The notes: generated by a model not told the origin, from the sequence alone. A stretch of DNA of 51,130 nt, filler included, from Catajapyx aquilonaris (GCA_000934665.2; 3 parts of 3 records of this genome joined end to end with filler, not necessarily neighbours in it), one strand, 5' to 3'; counted from the whole stretch's first letter, positions 1 through 12,724 are shown. Numbers and translations: made by a program.

Positions 1-788
1 GCGGGGCAATATAATAGGCTAATTCCCGTCTTTCTTTCTTATAAATAAGCAACTCATGAAGCTGCTGTGTGCAATCAATCAGCGCACTTTTTCTTATGCG
101 AAAATCTCAATTCTTGACAGTCTTTGAAATTTTGTAAAAATAGCAAAAGGACCATTTTTGTAATAAATACAGTACCATGCATTTCCTCTTCAGCACTGTT
201 AGTCATCCCATCAGACAGTGACTATTTAGATAACTCTGTTCATGGATCATTCTGGGACTGATTAGGGCCTATATTAGGCCCCATTGCGTACTTTCAAGGC
301 GCACATGCGTTCCTTCAAATGCAATTATTTTCCTTAAATCAAAAAAGTCCTCCTGAGATTTTTTTCTATGTGAGGGAAAGGGTCTGAGCTACAACATTAT
401 TTAAAAATCGGATTTTTAAATTAGGCGGATTTTTTTTTAAAAAAAATTGAAATTTTGAAAATGGGACAAAATTTTCAAAAAAAGTCAAAATACGAATTTT
501 CAATCCTTAGTGAGATTGTGCTCTCGAATCTCTTCAAAGGGAGCGGTCTACGACGTCTGTAGCTCAATTGGTTCACGAGATATGACCGATTTCTGAAACC
601 CTACCTTCCGAAAATGACGTTTTTTTCGGTGGGCCTATCTCCGGGGAGGGGGGGTAAATCTCAAAACCGCGCAAATGGTATTTTTGAAAGACGTAATTAA
701 AGCGATTCGCCGATTTTCGTCAAAATCTGACAACCCAAGGGTCAATTTTCCTTAAAAGCTCGGTGAATTTACATGGAATGACCCAGTG

Positions 789-962
789 CAGTGTTGGACA
801 TTACTCGAGGCATTGGAGGCACTGGTGGCTAGCAACATTTCCCGAAGCGGCAGAAGAAGGAATCGAAGAACTGCAAGACTGCAAGCCGGGCGAGCAAGAT
901 TCCTTCTTCTGCCGCTTCGGAAAATGTCGCTAGCAGTATGTCTCGATTTATGTCCAACACTG
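789..962. mobile_element. Palindromic MITE (CAGTGTTGGACAT TIR)
   Basis: cagtgttggacat...atgtccaacactg|TA with an internal inverted repeat (ctagcaacatttcccgaagcggcagaag / cttctgccgcttcggaaaatgtcgctag). A related copy lies at ~40450-40730. Confidence 0.7.
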
Positions 963-964
963 TA

Positions 965-3128
965 CTATTGACCGCAAAAGTAATGTCGCGACTGTTTATG
1001 TGCTTTTGTGCTTATGTGTTGGTAATCCTGGGCGCTGCCAGGTTACGGACATGTTTATTTGGCGATGTTCCGGAATCCACAACACTCTGCTCACCGGTCA
1101 CGGCCGCGGTCCCTTGGCCGCACTGTCCGAGTCGCTGTTTGAGAGCGCCGCTACTTATTCGTGCAACTTATTTCTAGTTGGGTAATTCCATGTGAGATCA
1201 TACAACTATGTTCACCAGTTTTTTTTGTTTTTTTTAGAAAATCGCAATTTGGCACTTAGGATCGTATTTTGTCAAGATCACAGGGACATATTTTTCTAAC
1301 CAGATAACCGCTATAGGTCACGAGAAATGACGAGGTCAAAATGGGAACTTTTCTATTCTGATGTTTACAATTTAACCCGATAATTTCTCTAATTATGCGT
1401 CCCGCATACATGCAAAATGGGGCTTAATATTCTACAAGGTAACGCCGAACCCGCAGATAGCCTCAAAGAAATTCTGCGATTAAATTTACGTGTCATTTTG
1501 GCAGGTCATATCCCTTCAGTGGTGCAAGTTTCATTTTTGCCTTCTTATTAGGGTCCGAGATATAAAATACAGTAAATAAGGTGGCCAGATGCGTCTGGGT
1601 CATTCTATAACAAGGCGGCCAAGTTGGTGGCTCGACCATCTCAGAATGTATTGTTGTAACCCCATCATATTATACGTAAGTTATATCAAATGAACGGACG
1701 TGAGATGAGGCTGGAACATTTTGGAGGCAACCGTTTTAACCTATAGAGCGTAAAATGGAAATACTAAAAAATCCCATTGTTGTGCAAAAAGGGCACATTT
1801 CAGGTCGTCCAATGAAATTGTTACCCGCATGCTGAGAGTATGAAATTAATGTGGTGAGTACATGGTCATCTACTCGTTACCCCTGGAGAAGGACAACATC
1901 ACAAGTCTAGCAGTCTTGGAAATAATAAATCCTGAAATGTCCTTTTTTCCATCATTTGGTCATCTTGGTGCTGAATTTAGAGATTTTCTGCTGGTGAGTC
2001 GGTCAGGGGAACTGAACCTTTCTTTAATAGATAGGTCAAGCATGACATGACGCTTATTTTAACACGTGTAGATTCAAAATTTGCCCAGTGTCGCATAAGA
2101 GGGGGGGGGATGACCAAATGATGGAAAAACGGACATTTCAGGATTGGGCATTTTTTAGTATTTCCATTTTACGCTCTAGATTAAAACGGTTGCTTCCAAA
2201 ATGTTCCAGCCTCATCTCACGGCTGTTCATTTGATATGCGTATAATATAATGAGGTTACAACAATACATTCTGAGATCGCCGAGCCACCAACTTGGCCAC
2301 CTTGTCACAGAATGACCCAGTCGGCCACCTTATTTATTTTATGTCTCGGACCCTATAACGAACACAACAATACAAATGCATACCACTGAAAGGTTATGAG
2401 TAGCAGATTACTCCCAAAAACTTCGTAAAATTCGACTCTGTGCGGGTCGTCACGTCAAGGGTCACGCAATTTCGTAATGTTGCGCGCAAAAGGGCAAAAG
2501 TGGCGCATCCTTATTTACCGTATTTTATACTGATCTCGGACCCTAATACGAGGGCAAAAATGAAACTTGCATCACTGAAGGGATATGACCTACCAAAATG
2601 ACACGTAATTTTAATCGCAGAATTTTTTGGAGGTTATCTGCGGGTTCGGCGTTACCTTGTAGAATATTAAGCCCCATTTTGCATGTGTGTGGGACGCATA
2701 ATTAGAGAAATTATCGGGTTAAATTGTAAACATCAGAATAGAAAAGTTCCCATTTTGACCTCGTCATTTCTCGTGACCTATAGCGGCTATCTGGTTAGAA
2801 AAATATGTCCCTGTGATCTTGACAAAATACGATCCTAAGTGCCAAATTGCGATTTTCTAAATAATAAAAAAAGTCTGGTGAACATAGTTGTATGATCTCA
2901 CATGGAATTACCCAACTAGAAATAAGTTGCACGAATAAGTAGCGGCGCTCTCAAACAGCGACCCGGACAGTGCGGCCAAGGGACCGCGGCCGTGACCGGT
3001 GAGCAGAGTGTTGTGGATTCCGGAACATCGCCAAATAAACATGTCCGTAACCCGGCAGCGCCCAGGATTACCAACACATAAACACAAAAGGACATAAACA
3101 GTCGCGACATTACTTTTGCGGTCAATAG
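965..3128. mobile_element. Large foldback-type non-autonomous DNA transposon with ~620-bp inverted arms and nested inner IRs
   Basis: TA|CTATTGACCGCAAAAG...CTTTTGCGGTCAATAG|TA. 965-1581 is the near-identical reverse complement of 2509-3128. Inner IR pairs are ~1549-1775/2150-2355 and ~1928-1965/2109-2145. Confidence 0.85.
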
Positions 3129-3170
3129 TACATGTATTGCTACCTTGCATAATATCTCCGTCAGAGTATT

Positions 3171-3882
3171 TATTTTTATTTATTTATTTATTTATTTACC
3201 CCATTAGCTGGCCTATTGGCCATTTTTAGGGGGACACAACCACCAAGCATCGTCATACTAACCACACAGTTGGATACGTTTTACAACATTTGAGAAAAAA
3301 GAAAAAAGGGCATAAATCTGGACTTTGGACAAATCGGCAAACACAAATGGTAACAATTCCGAGGATACAATAGAAAGGTCGCTCAAGTAACTCTTCCGTG
3401 GGGTCTCAAATATTGGGCACTCAAATAGAACATGGAGGGTCGTTAATTGAGTATTACAGTTACACCAACTACAATTGTAATCACCTTCAATTTGTACAGA
3501 TACCTCGTGGTTGATTGGAATATATGGGGATTTGTTCCTTAGGTTAACTAACATTCTTTGCGTGTAAAGTGGCAAACCATATAAAAAATACGTTTCAATT
3601 TCATGTGTGTGTTTAATCTGCCTGTAATGTTGGTATCTATGTGTATCTTGGAGGCTGGCAAGGAGCTGCTGACTCAGAAGGTGTTTGGACTTGAACAGCA
3701 ACGATGTAAGGTCGGTTTGCAGGTCCTGCCAGGATAACCCCAATTGAGCCAGCAGAACTGAATACGAGTTGCGCCAATTTCGTTTGTTTGAGATTGTGGC
3801 ATATTTGAACGCGTTGCGCAATATAGTCCCCTGCTTAGCTTGGCTAAACTTACTGATTAACTTCGCAGTTTGCTTTATTAAC
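3171..3882 (-). mobile_element. 5'-truncated non-LTR retrotransposon (ORF2 C-terminus with CCHC zinc knuckle)
   Basis: Open frame ending at 3258 with CSWC...TTLHVLFECP, a (TAAA)n tail at 3171-3198, and a perfect 17-bp TSD ATCTCCGTCAGAGTATT at 3154-3170 and 3883-3899. Confidence 0.88.
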
Positions 3883-4170
3883 ATCTCCGTCAGAGTATTC
3901 TGTATACTGTTGATCACACGTGCATATAGGCACTCTTCTGGAAGCACTTGGTCAATAGCGACGACCTGGCATGAATATAAGCCAATTTATCAAAACGATG
4001 GTTCATGATTATGCGATTCACAAATTAAGTGCTCGGGCGCCAATTTCATCCCGTTAAACCAACGTCATCTAAATTGGTAATATCGGTTAGTAGCGAGATG
4101 TACTGATAACTGGGGACTCTGTTTAGATCTCGTATGTGGTAATCTTGATGGACATCCTCCATTATTGCAG

Positions 4171-7100
4171 GGCCAAGTGGTACATCATAACGCCAGCGCC
4201 GGAATCATTATGAGCAACCAGTCGCTAGTTCTACAAAAGGTCCGACGGCAGAGTGCAGGAAACTACACCTGCCTGGCCACTAATATAGAAGGCGAAGGTG
4301 CCAGCAACGCTGTGGAATTACGCATTTTATGTGAGTATATTTTATTATTGGGCATATGTTCAGGATTTTGTATAACGGCATAGGTGAATTGCTATGTGAG
4401 TATGTGAGCTAGTGTGTGTAGTCCAATCATTCGATCAAGGGGGTAATCACTCGACTGAAAAGTGTACACTGGAGTACCAAGGAGTAATAAAGAGTGAGGT
4501 ACCTGAGGAGTACCTGGGAGTACCACTCGCAGGTGTACACCGGAGTACCGAAGTGATTACCCCCTTGCATTCGATGATTGTGTGGCTGTTTCTAAAGTTA
4601 ATATTGATTAATATATGCAATATAAAGTAAACGTATAATACCTTACCATAAGAATTCGAGGCGGGAGTATTTTAACGGTAATATTTACTATCATGCTACA
4701 GGCTTATTTTATTCCACAGAAATACAGGGCGGTCTAATATACTCGTAGGCTTCTTGTCAGACTAATATGGCTTTTTTATTCCATTTTCTGAGTGTGACTG
4801 GATGATGCAGTTCGACATAATAGTAGCTAACACTTTGATAGATATAGCCATTAAAGTAACTATGAAAAGTAACTGCTAATGTAAGAAGCTTAGTGCAGCA
4901 AGCAGCCATATTAGTTGGACTCGCTTTGCGAGGCGGGGGGATTCCCCCCCCCCCCCCCCCCNCCCCCACACCCCCCGTAGGTCTGCGCCCCACTTGCGCG
5001 ACTTGGTCCGGTCCCGCGCAGGTCCTCCTCTGTCTAGGTAACTCTCCGAGGCCCGGTGGAGGTTCACCCGGCCACCCCACACTTACCCCACTCCCCGATG
5101 CGAACAGACCAAGTCTTTTTACACAAAAATTGGTCGGAGCGGGGTGGCATCCGTTTACAGGACCCGTGACGTCAACTCTGAAGGTGTGGAGTATGAGAAT
5201 GCGCCCTAGCTGACGTATGGTGAAAAAGGCACTGAGGTGGGATTAGAGTGGATCCAGATCATGGTCATAGAAAGTAAGGTCTGGACACTCCCACCTACCC
5301 CCTGCCGGGGCGTTTTGCAGAAGGTGCTCACTTGAGAGCGCCATGAGACATTTCACTCTCCGGATAAGTGGCGACACTACCGGACTAGGCTGAACTTTAT
5401 AGGTACAAAAGGGAAGCGCTACATTGGGGGACCCAACATGGGGGCCGGCGGCCATTTTGGGCCCGCATGTAGCGCTTCCCTTTTGTACCTATAAAGTTCA
5501 GCCTAGTCCGGTAGGGTCGCCACTTATCCGGAGAGTGAAATGTCTCATGGCGCTCTCAAGTGAGCACCTTCTGCAAAACGCCCCGGCAGGTGATATGGTC
5601 CCACCTGTCGTCCCAAGCGCTGTTTTGAACGACACGTCAGAGAGGGCACGTTCGGAAACTCCTCATCGCTACCGGTGACGTCACTGATTTCTGTAACCGG
5701 ATGGATTAGGCGGAATACGGGCACCGCGCCGGAGGCGCGCAGGTGGGCCGCAGCCCCACGGGGGGGGGGGGGGTCCGGGGGGGCGGAGCCCCACCGGCTC
5801 GCCAAGCGAGTCTACCAATAAAGTTGAACCCCCGATTATCCTATCTCGGAATATCCGTCTCCTCTGCATATCCGACTGTCCCTCTCCTATAGAACAGCAT
5901 CCTACATCAACACCTATGGACATTTTGTGGCTAAAGAAGTGGAGAGACTTACCAGCCAAGGCTAGGATGTCGTCTTTAAAACAGAAAAATATAACATACT
6001 TATTTCCGGGAATAAATCTACGTTTTCTCATCTATGCTGTTCGTATATTTTGTTTTGTGTTGCCTTAGTTAAATTGTATTTATATGCAGTGCAGTAAACT
6101 CTGTATGTACAAGATAATTACTTAACGGGTAATGTGTGCTGGCCAATATGGCAACGTCTCGGCTTGCTGTGCGAAAGGTCCCGGGTTCTAATCCCCGCCC
6201 GGGAGTTACCTTTCGCCTGCGTCAGTGGGTCTCTGGCCCGCGCCTAAGGAGGCGTCTTGGCAACCGGCCTCCTTGGGACTGCACATGACCCTTTTCCGAC
6301 ATTGCACTTGCACCGGTGTCCCCTCCCATATCCTCCCCATCGTTACCCTACTTTCCTAATGTCCTTGCACCGAGTGAGAAGAAAAAAACTAGAAAATCAA
6401 TCCAGATGGTGGCAATCCACCCCCCTAAAATGGCTTCGTTCCCTCCAATGGCGCATTTAAAAATAATAAAAAAACTTTACTATCTCTTAGAAAACCATAA
6501 CCCTGTACACATGTGTACAGTGTTTCATGTTTTTGCATCTTTTTTGTTGTGTTCCATTAAAGTTCTTTTGCTTCTCTTATTATCTGACATTTTTTGTGAT
6601 CCGACCATGTCCCACTCACGTGAATGACTGATAATAATTAATCGGGGTTCTACTGCAGTGTTATTTCCGGTGTATTGCTAATACACACACGATTTAATTC
6701 AATTTGGTTCAATTTGAAAATGGATTTTCCCTCTTACCTTTGAAATATGGGATTTGGCATCTCACAACAACAACAACAACAACACGACATTTCCATATGA
6801 GGGGTAGTCAGCGATGAAGGGAGACGCAAGCTAACCCAACATATGAACTAATAAAACTCATGAGAATAAACCTAAAAACAACCTGTCCCACCCCCACCCC
6901 TGCCCACCTCAGACATCACCTTATCCTCAGACATATTTACCTATTTACCCATTAATTAACCTACGCCATTTACACCTATCCAAACAAACAACCCTAGCCT
7001 CAGCCACGTCCATGGTCCTATTGACACAAGAACGTCTCGGCTTAACACTAGCAACACCCTTAAGACACTGGCCCACCTGGTCCAACCATGTCTTCCTAGC

Positions 7101-8361
7101 CCAGTCTCCCACTCATGGTAAAGCATAATATGCATTTCGTAAACGCTTTAGGATACACCAGTCCACGAGAAGAATCCGCATATGAATGTCCTGAGGTGAG
7201 AGGGATATTTATTTGGCGACATGTAGCATTTGAATGCCACAATGCAATAAGGGCCCACCTGTCAATTTTTACGGAAATGCTTTTTTGGCATATTGTACTT
7301 CCTCTGGTGGATGTCCATCCGTATAAAATGCAAGAGGAGCCGAAATGTGACTAGTGATGCCTGAAAAAGGCTTCTAACCATCGACGGACCAAAACGCGAT
7401 TTCTCGATAGCAGTGACAAACGTGATTGTCACTTTCAAAGCGCGATTTTAATACACTGCAAGTGACCCGCGATTTGAAAGTAGCGGTGATTTTAAAGCGC
7501 GACGTGATTTGTGTCTAAGCGCTACTTCTAAAGGAGATGCGTTACTTTACGATTAGAACGTTCCCGTCTGAGGAGCAGTGCTAAACCTAGTGGAAAATAA
7601 AGTAGACTTGTGGGTCTATATGTCACCAAAAAATCTTTGACCTACGCCCTGGGGAAGCGGTCAAAAATTGCCGCTACTTTATAAGGTAGACCTAGGTGGC
7701 AGGGGAGGCCAACAAAACATTAAATTTAATTGAATATAAAGGCCCATACACACAGGTGGTCGACGATTTTGGTCTTTGGTCGCGGACGTATCCATGTCAA
7801 AAGGTGATGTCTTGTGATGTTCTTGTAATGTTTTTGGATGCTTTTTAGCCGCAAAAAGCATTAAAAGAGCATCACAAGACCATCTATGATGTTCTTTTGA
7901 TGCTCTTTTAATGTTTTGTGGCGCTTTGCTGTTTGCAGCGTATGAGACTTTGTACCGGCTGTATGTATAAGATGTGAGTTTAGAATATGAAGTGATTGCC
8001 CCTTTGTCAACCTCCTTCCACGCTGGTTTTCTTCTTGGTGGCGCATCTTGGCTCCATGCAGACAAGCCCTTCTGCAAACCGGAGCAGAAGCGCTTTTACG
8101 GCGTGGCAAGGCATGAAAAGGCCCAAGTGGTGTGCGAAGTGGAGTCGTACCCGCCAGCCGACTCCTTTCGCTGGGCGTTCAATAACTCGGCCGACAGCAT
8201 CGACGTGCCTCAGGCCCGATTCAGCTCCAGCGCCGCTTCCTCCAGCAGCGTCCTCACCTACATGCCCATGACGGAGATGGATTATGGGACTGTCATGTGC
8301 TGGGCCACCAATATGATAGGCCAACAGAAGGAGCCCTGCCTTTTCCATATTATTGCCGCCG
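4171..8361 (+). CDS. Sidestep/nephrin-like immunoglobulin-superfamily gene, two internal exons (4171-4330, 8062-8361); partial
   Basis: Exon 4171-4330 (ttgcag|GGC...TTA T|gtgagt) encodes GQVVHHNASAGIIMSNQSLVLQKVRRQSAGNYTCLATNIEGEGASNAVELRIL. It joins in phase 1 to 8062-8361 (atgcag|AC...GCC G|gtaagt): YKPFCKPEQKRFYGVARHEKAQVVCEVESYPP...WAFNNS...DYGTVMCWATNMIGQQKEPCLFHIIAAG. This is the typical membrane-proximal Ig pair of arthropod Sidestep-family proteins. Confidence 0.88.
4425..4580. mobile_element. Small inverted-repeat element with internal GAGTACC repeats
   Basis: aatcattcgatcaagggggtaatcact ... agtgattacccccttgcattcgatgatt, with several gagtacc units inside. Confidence 0.5.
5301..5590. 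mobile_element. Near-perfect palindromic MITE (~124-bp arms)
   Basis: 5301-5424 is the reverse complement of 5467-5590 with about one mismatch. A related terminus (tatcacctgccg...ggtgctcacttgagagcgccatgagacattt) is at 16913-16972. Confidence 0.85.
6135..6470 (+). mobile_element. Degenerate tRNA-derived SINE (family 2)
   Basis: tRNA-like head (tggccaatatgg...ggtcccgggttctaatccc), body motif gacattgcacttgcac...tcccctccc shared with 35878-36062 and 45962-46293, and an A-rich tail. Confidence 0.55.
6765..7105 (-). mobile_element. RTE-clade LINE 3' fragment
   Basis: The minus strand reads RKTWLDQVGQCLKGVASVKPRRSCVNRTMDVAEARVVCLDRCKWRRLING* (stop 6947-6945), matching the RTE ORF2 C-terminal pattern (R.TW.D...EA..VC.DR..WR). 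A (TTG)n tail lies at ~6765-6784. Confidence 0.72.
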
Positions 8362-8820
8362 GTAAGTGGTAGGCAAATAGAAGAGCCCCCGACCCACCGG
8401 ATTTTGCCTTTCCCCATCACTTTTCCTTTCCCATCCCCCTCCCTCCTCCTCCTTTCTCCCTCACCCACCAAATCCTCCATAACCACCTCCCAGCCAGCTT
8501 CAACCGGCAGCCGACCCTGGAAAATGCAGAATCTAGCTAGGCACCAAGTAGGAATCATGTGCGTGCGTGCGTGCGTGCGCTCTGGGGATAGCTATTGCTA
8601 TCTTTCAGAGGAATTTTTCCTCCAACATCGCTATTCATATGAGGAATTTTTATACAGCTAGGTGAAAACATAACCGTAATAATAATTGCCAAAAAGTGGC
8701 TACCTTCCAGTTAAAATCATAAGTTAATTTTCGTGTGTGTATGTAAATGGCGAGTAATGAATAGGTTAGAGTTAGACAATTTAGTTCAGGATATAGTGTT
8801 AAATGTTCATCGCAAGCATA

Positions 8821-9741
8821 CGTGGGTCGTCTGATAATATTATTGGCAACACTGCTGTAATTTTAGTACCAATATAAATGTACACACATGAACATTTCAC
8901 ATTACATAGCTATAGGTGTAGTCCCCAGATATTTTTATCGCATTTTTCCATAGTCATGGAAAGCTTTGAACGCTCTCAGCAGCGTTTTTTGTGGAGGTCC
9001 CACGCAGAGACCGCCCTAAGATATGCTTCCCTCTTACAGAAACGAAAGCAATCTAAGGGTTCCTTCATTTTTGTAGTTGATCGTAGTCACATGTCATGTC
9101 AGATGAATAGGGAGGATGTTCCAACAGCTCCTATTCCCATTTCTGAAGAAAATTTCCGAACAGCAATGGCCACATGGTAGCAAAGGTTGCCGTGGAAGAC
9201 AATGTCTCCTCTCCGCAACAAAATTAATCATTCCTCTTAAGGCGAATTTCTGGGCGAAGATGATGTTGCAATATTATGGTATTGATGCTGCCGGATGCTG
9301 CTTTCCAATTTTCGTTGCCAATTCGGTGCAGGGCCATCGCCGGTCCATATCCAACAAAGTTGCCACAGCTTCGCAATGGGTCGGGTTTGTTGCGGTACGG
9401 AAGGGGCCCTTCTAAGCTTGTATGAACCTCGCAATGGTACGATACGGGAGGCAGGGTCACCACACGCCTGCACAAGACCTTGATGGTGCTGTCTGGCGGA
9501 TTTTCCACATGAAACAGGGACGAACAGAGATCTGAATGAAGCAGAGCTGTCTTTAGGGTGATTGCGTGGTGGGGGTACACTTTGAACAGACATTGCTCCG
9601 CACATACAGCTACGAGTTCTTCGCAAAAGGGTACTGTAGGGTTCCCCAGGGCGACTCTCAAAGTAACTATCCACATTCGGTCCTGGCAGCCTGGGGTTCC
9701 GAGTGGTAACAGTGTTGCCAATAATTATCAGACAACCCATG
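8821..9741 (+). mobile_element. Decayed Tc1/mariner-type element
   Basis: TA|CGTGGGTCGTCTGATAATATTATTGGCAACACTG ... CAGTGTTGCCAATAATTATCAGACAACCCATG|TA. A faint transposase-end remnant (GVHFEQTL) is near 9570-9597. Confidence 0.65.
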
Positions 9742-11768
9742 TATAGTATTCCAGTATAAGTGTGTCTCTCTGCGTGATTCCATGGCGTGCAGGATGAATC
9801 CTGACATTAGCGTTTATTTAGATACAAAACTTAATAAGCCGATGTCAATAAATCCGCAATCGCCAAAATCAACTGGGGTAATTTCGCCTCAAGAGGCCTA
9901 AATCCGAGAAAAAGTGCGTACCTTTCTGTGCAGTGCTGGGAATCAATAAGATTTGTGTTAAGCAAGAGAAACTTGCTTCCAAATAATATGACGTCGTGAT
10001 GATTGTGTCTAGTGTGTTTTTGGAAGCATAGATCTTATCATTCGACTAGAATCTAGTGCTAGTCGAAGGATAAGATTCATATTAATCTACTCACTAGATT
10101 AATATGAATATCAAGGTATTAAGTTAGTACTTTAGCACATAATTATACGCGCAAGTCTGTGGCACACTGAGAGCACGTCGTGGCCTCTTGAATTGTGCGA
10201 GTAGCTGTATCGATGGCCTCATTAGGTCTTGAGGACAAAATAATGTACAAAAATGATGATTATTAATGGTCTCAATAATTATTGCAATGTGACAATGTGC
10301 GCTTTAGCCAGCATGGTTAGAAAGGTCGTGCCATGCGGCTGAATTCCAACAGGTTGAAAGAAAATGGTAATGCATCATTGAGTCATTCGTGAACATGTGT
10401 TACAATGAACTTTCTCTGGTTCTTCCAACCCTTCTCACGTCACCGATTTCTAAAATCTGTAGAATTTCTTTAAGACTCTGGACGTGATCGAGGAACAGTA
10501 AGCGCCCACATAAACTGAACCATTTACTCTAAAGGAGGAATTGTACTGGCGAATATGTTTTGTGTGCTCCTGCAGTATATTTCGAGAGTTCATTAAAAAT
10601 ATTTATGTGACCATGCTCTATATCAGTCAATGAATGCACCAGGACTTTTCCCTATAAAGGTGTAGTCCGAAAAGTAGCCTACTCGACGGCACTCGACATG
10701 ACACACGTACTATTTTAATGTTCTCATTAAAACTTGCAATTACAACCTTTCTCTCAGCGGAACTGATCGTCACTTATCCAAATGCCCAAAATTAACGGAG
10801 CAATGACCTCAGTCAAAATAATTACCTGCACAGCCATACACATGGACAGCCTTCTGCTCTTGGCATTTCCTCGTGTCCAAATAAACACTCATAAAATACC
10901 ATAACAAACAGAAATATTAATGTTGGTATTATTATTTTAATTAATTGACAATCGAACATTTTTGATCTGAAATATTCGCCTTCAATACAATAAAATCGCA
11001 TCTTTACACAAAAATGAGGGACTTTGTCACAATTTACACTTCCATTGAACTGGAGTGGTGCTGTGCTTGTCATAGTCCGGTCTGGCTGTTAAAACATTAG
11101 TTGAAATTAGGAGATTTGTCATTTTGTCTTCATTTTGTGACAACTGAAGCAAAACGTTTGCGCTTGGCTTCTATGACATTTGCCTTCCACTCTCATACAT
11201 TCACTGTACATATCAATCTGTCAAAAATATTCCTTAGTTATTTACAATTTTGAACGGCAACTATTGCGGTTCGCTAGTGTCTGCTTATAGTCGTGTAGCC
11301 TATACAGATGTATAGTGCACCCAACAAAGCATCCGAGTAGTCAGAAATAATCAGATGTGTCAAGGTCTTCGTTAAATTGGTACTTAATAGGCTAAATGCT
11401 TCTCCTTTCTGCTTGAGTGTTGCTTGTCTCTTGATTGTGGATTGCTTCAGGCATCCTTGCTCCATTCAAGTTGATCGACAGACAAAATTATCACAGGACA
11501 TGTGGTAATCTAAGGGAATTAATCGGATTATTGCGAGTAACTTGAACTTTGAGAGTGTTATAGCCTAGGTTGTGTAAAACGTAGCTTGCACTTTCCCAGG
11601 TTTAGAAACGAGAGACGCGAAGTTAATTTTATCATTACTTCAGGAAATGGAATTTGTTGCGCAAACAACCGAGGGCAAAGTGCAGCACTACATCAAACCA
11701 GGTCATGAACTTGGCAAAATAGAAAATCGACAAAGTTTGTGCCGCCCCAAACAGTAGCAGTGGGAAGT

Positions 11769-11825
11769 GAGGAGAGAGAGAGAGAGGGAGAGAGAGAGGG
11801 AGAGAGAGGGAGAGAGAGAGAGAGA
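11769..11825. repeat. (GA)n microsatellite with GAGG interruptions
   Basis: Seen directly in the sequence. Confidence 0.95.
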
Positions 11826-12407
11826 CTTGAAAACTTGGGCAATAAAGGACCCGTATGAGGCACGAAACAAAACGCAATATTGGACAATCCCAGGGTACAA
11901 GATGTTACATGTATCCAGTTTAAAATCTAGGATGACGGGAAGAAACTGCCCCATCATGGAGTAGTGTTGATATGTAAGCTAACTCAAGTTAACTCAAAGT
12001 TCGCTACTTTTGGGATTTTTTGAATGGACCTGAAAATGAAGCGTGAAATGTGTGCTTCATGTTTCCGAAAAGTCTAGGAGGTGACATTTGGAATTTCACC
12101 CGCTAGAGGGCGAAAACTCAGCCGGTGCGCACTCTGGACAGTACGCTGCGCTGGTCACTTGGGAGGACTGTATTTCCTCAGTGGACTACATGACAAATAT
12201 GATTTTTGTACCAAAAAAATGCAGAATGGCCACCAGACTCATTTTTGGCCAAAAGTGGACTTATCCGGTTGTTGCACCAAACCATTCAATTATTGCAATA
12301 TTCATGTTATTACACAGTATAATTACGTATTTATAGTATTTTTAAGATTCATGTTTTAATTTATTATTTAGGGCATTTAATTGCGCTATTTTTTACGCTT
12401 AATTATA

Positions 12408-12724
12408 CAGGGTCTCATTTTTTTCGTCCGAACAGTTATCGGAAAATTGCTACTTTTTAAGCAGTGACTTGCAACCGTGATTTGTCGGAGGAATGGGGAA
12501 TTGGGAAAAAGAGGGTCACACATCCCATGGCATGTGTGACCCTCTTTTTTCCAGACTTGACCCTCAATTTTCAGCGGGCAGCACGTATGCCACTTAAACC
12601 TACGATTCGCAGGGAATATTCCCCATTCCTCCGATAAATCACCGTTTGCAAGTCACTGCTTAAAAAGTAGCAGCTACGCGCAATTTTCCGATACCTGTTC
12701 GGACAAAAAAGATGGGACACCCTA
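12408..12724. mobile_element. Palindromic MITE (TA-CAGGGT terminus)
   Basis: ~95-bp arms (gtccgaacagttatcggaaaattgc...ggaggaatggggaat and the reverse complement), plus an inner hairpin aaaaagagggtcacacat/atgtgtgaccctcttttt. Confidence 0.75.

Noticed and set aside
938..3150. Duplicated ORF pairs 938-1185 (+) and 2908-3150 (-) resembling paralogous small genes
   Set aside because: They are the two arms of a foldback transposon and have no protein motifs.
3883..3947. N-terminal ~21 aa of the 229-aa ORF 3258-3947 as the start of an intact gene
   Set aside because: These codons lie in the TSD and flank, outside the truncated LINE; chance read-through.
9224..9740. 165-167 aa minus-strand ORFs
   Set aside because: They lie inside a decayed TIR element, with no recognisable domain or splice context.
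11635..11964. ORFs with RE/SL dipeptide runs
   Set aside because: Translations of the (GA)n microsatellite.
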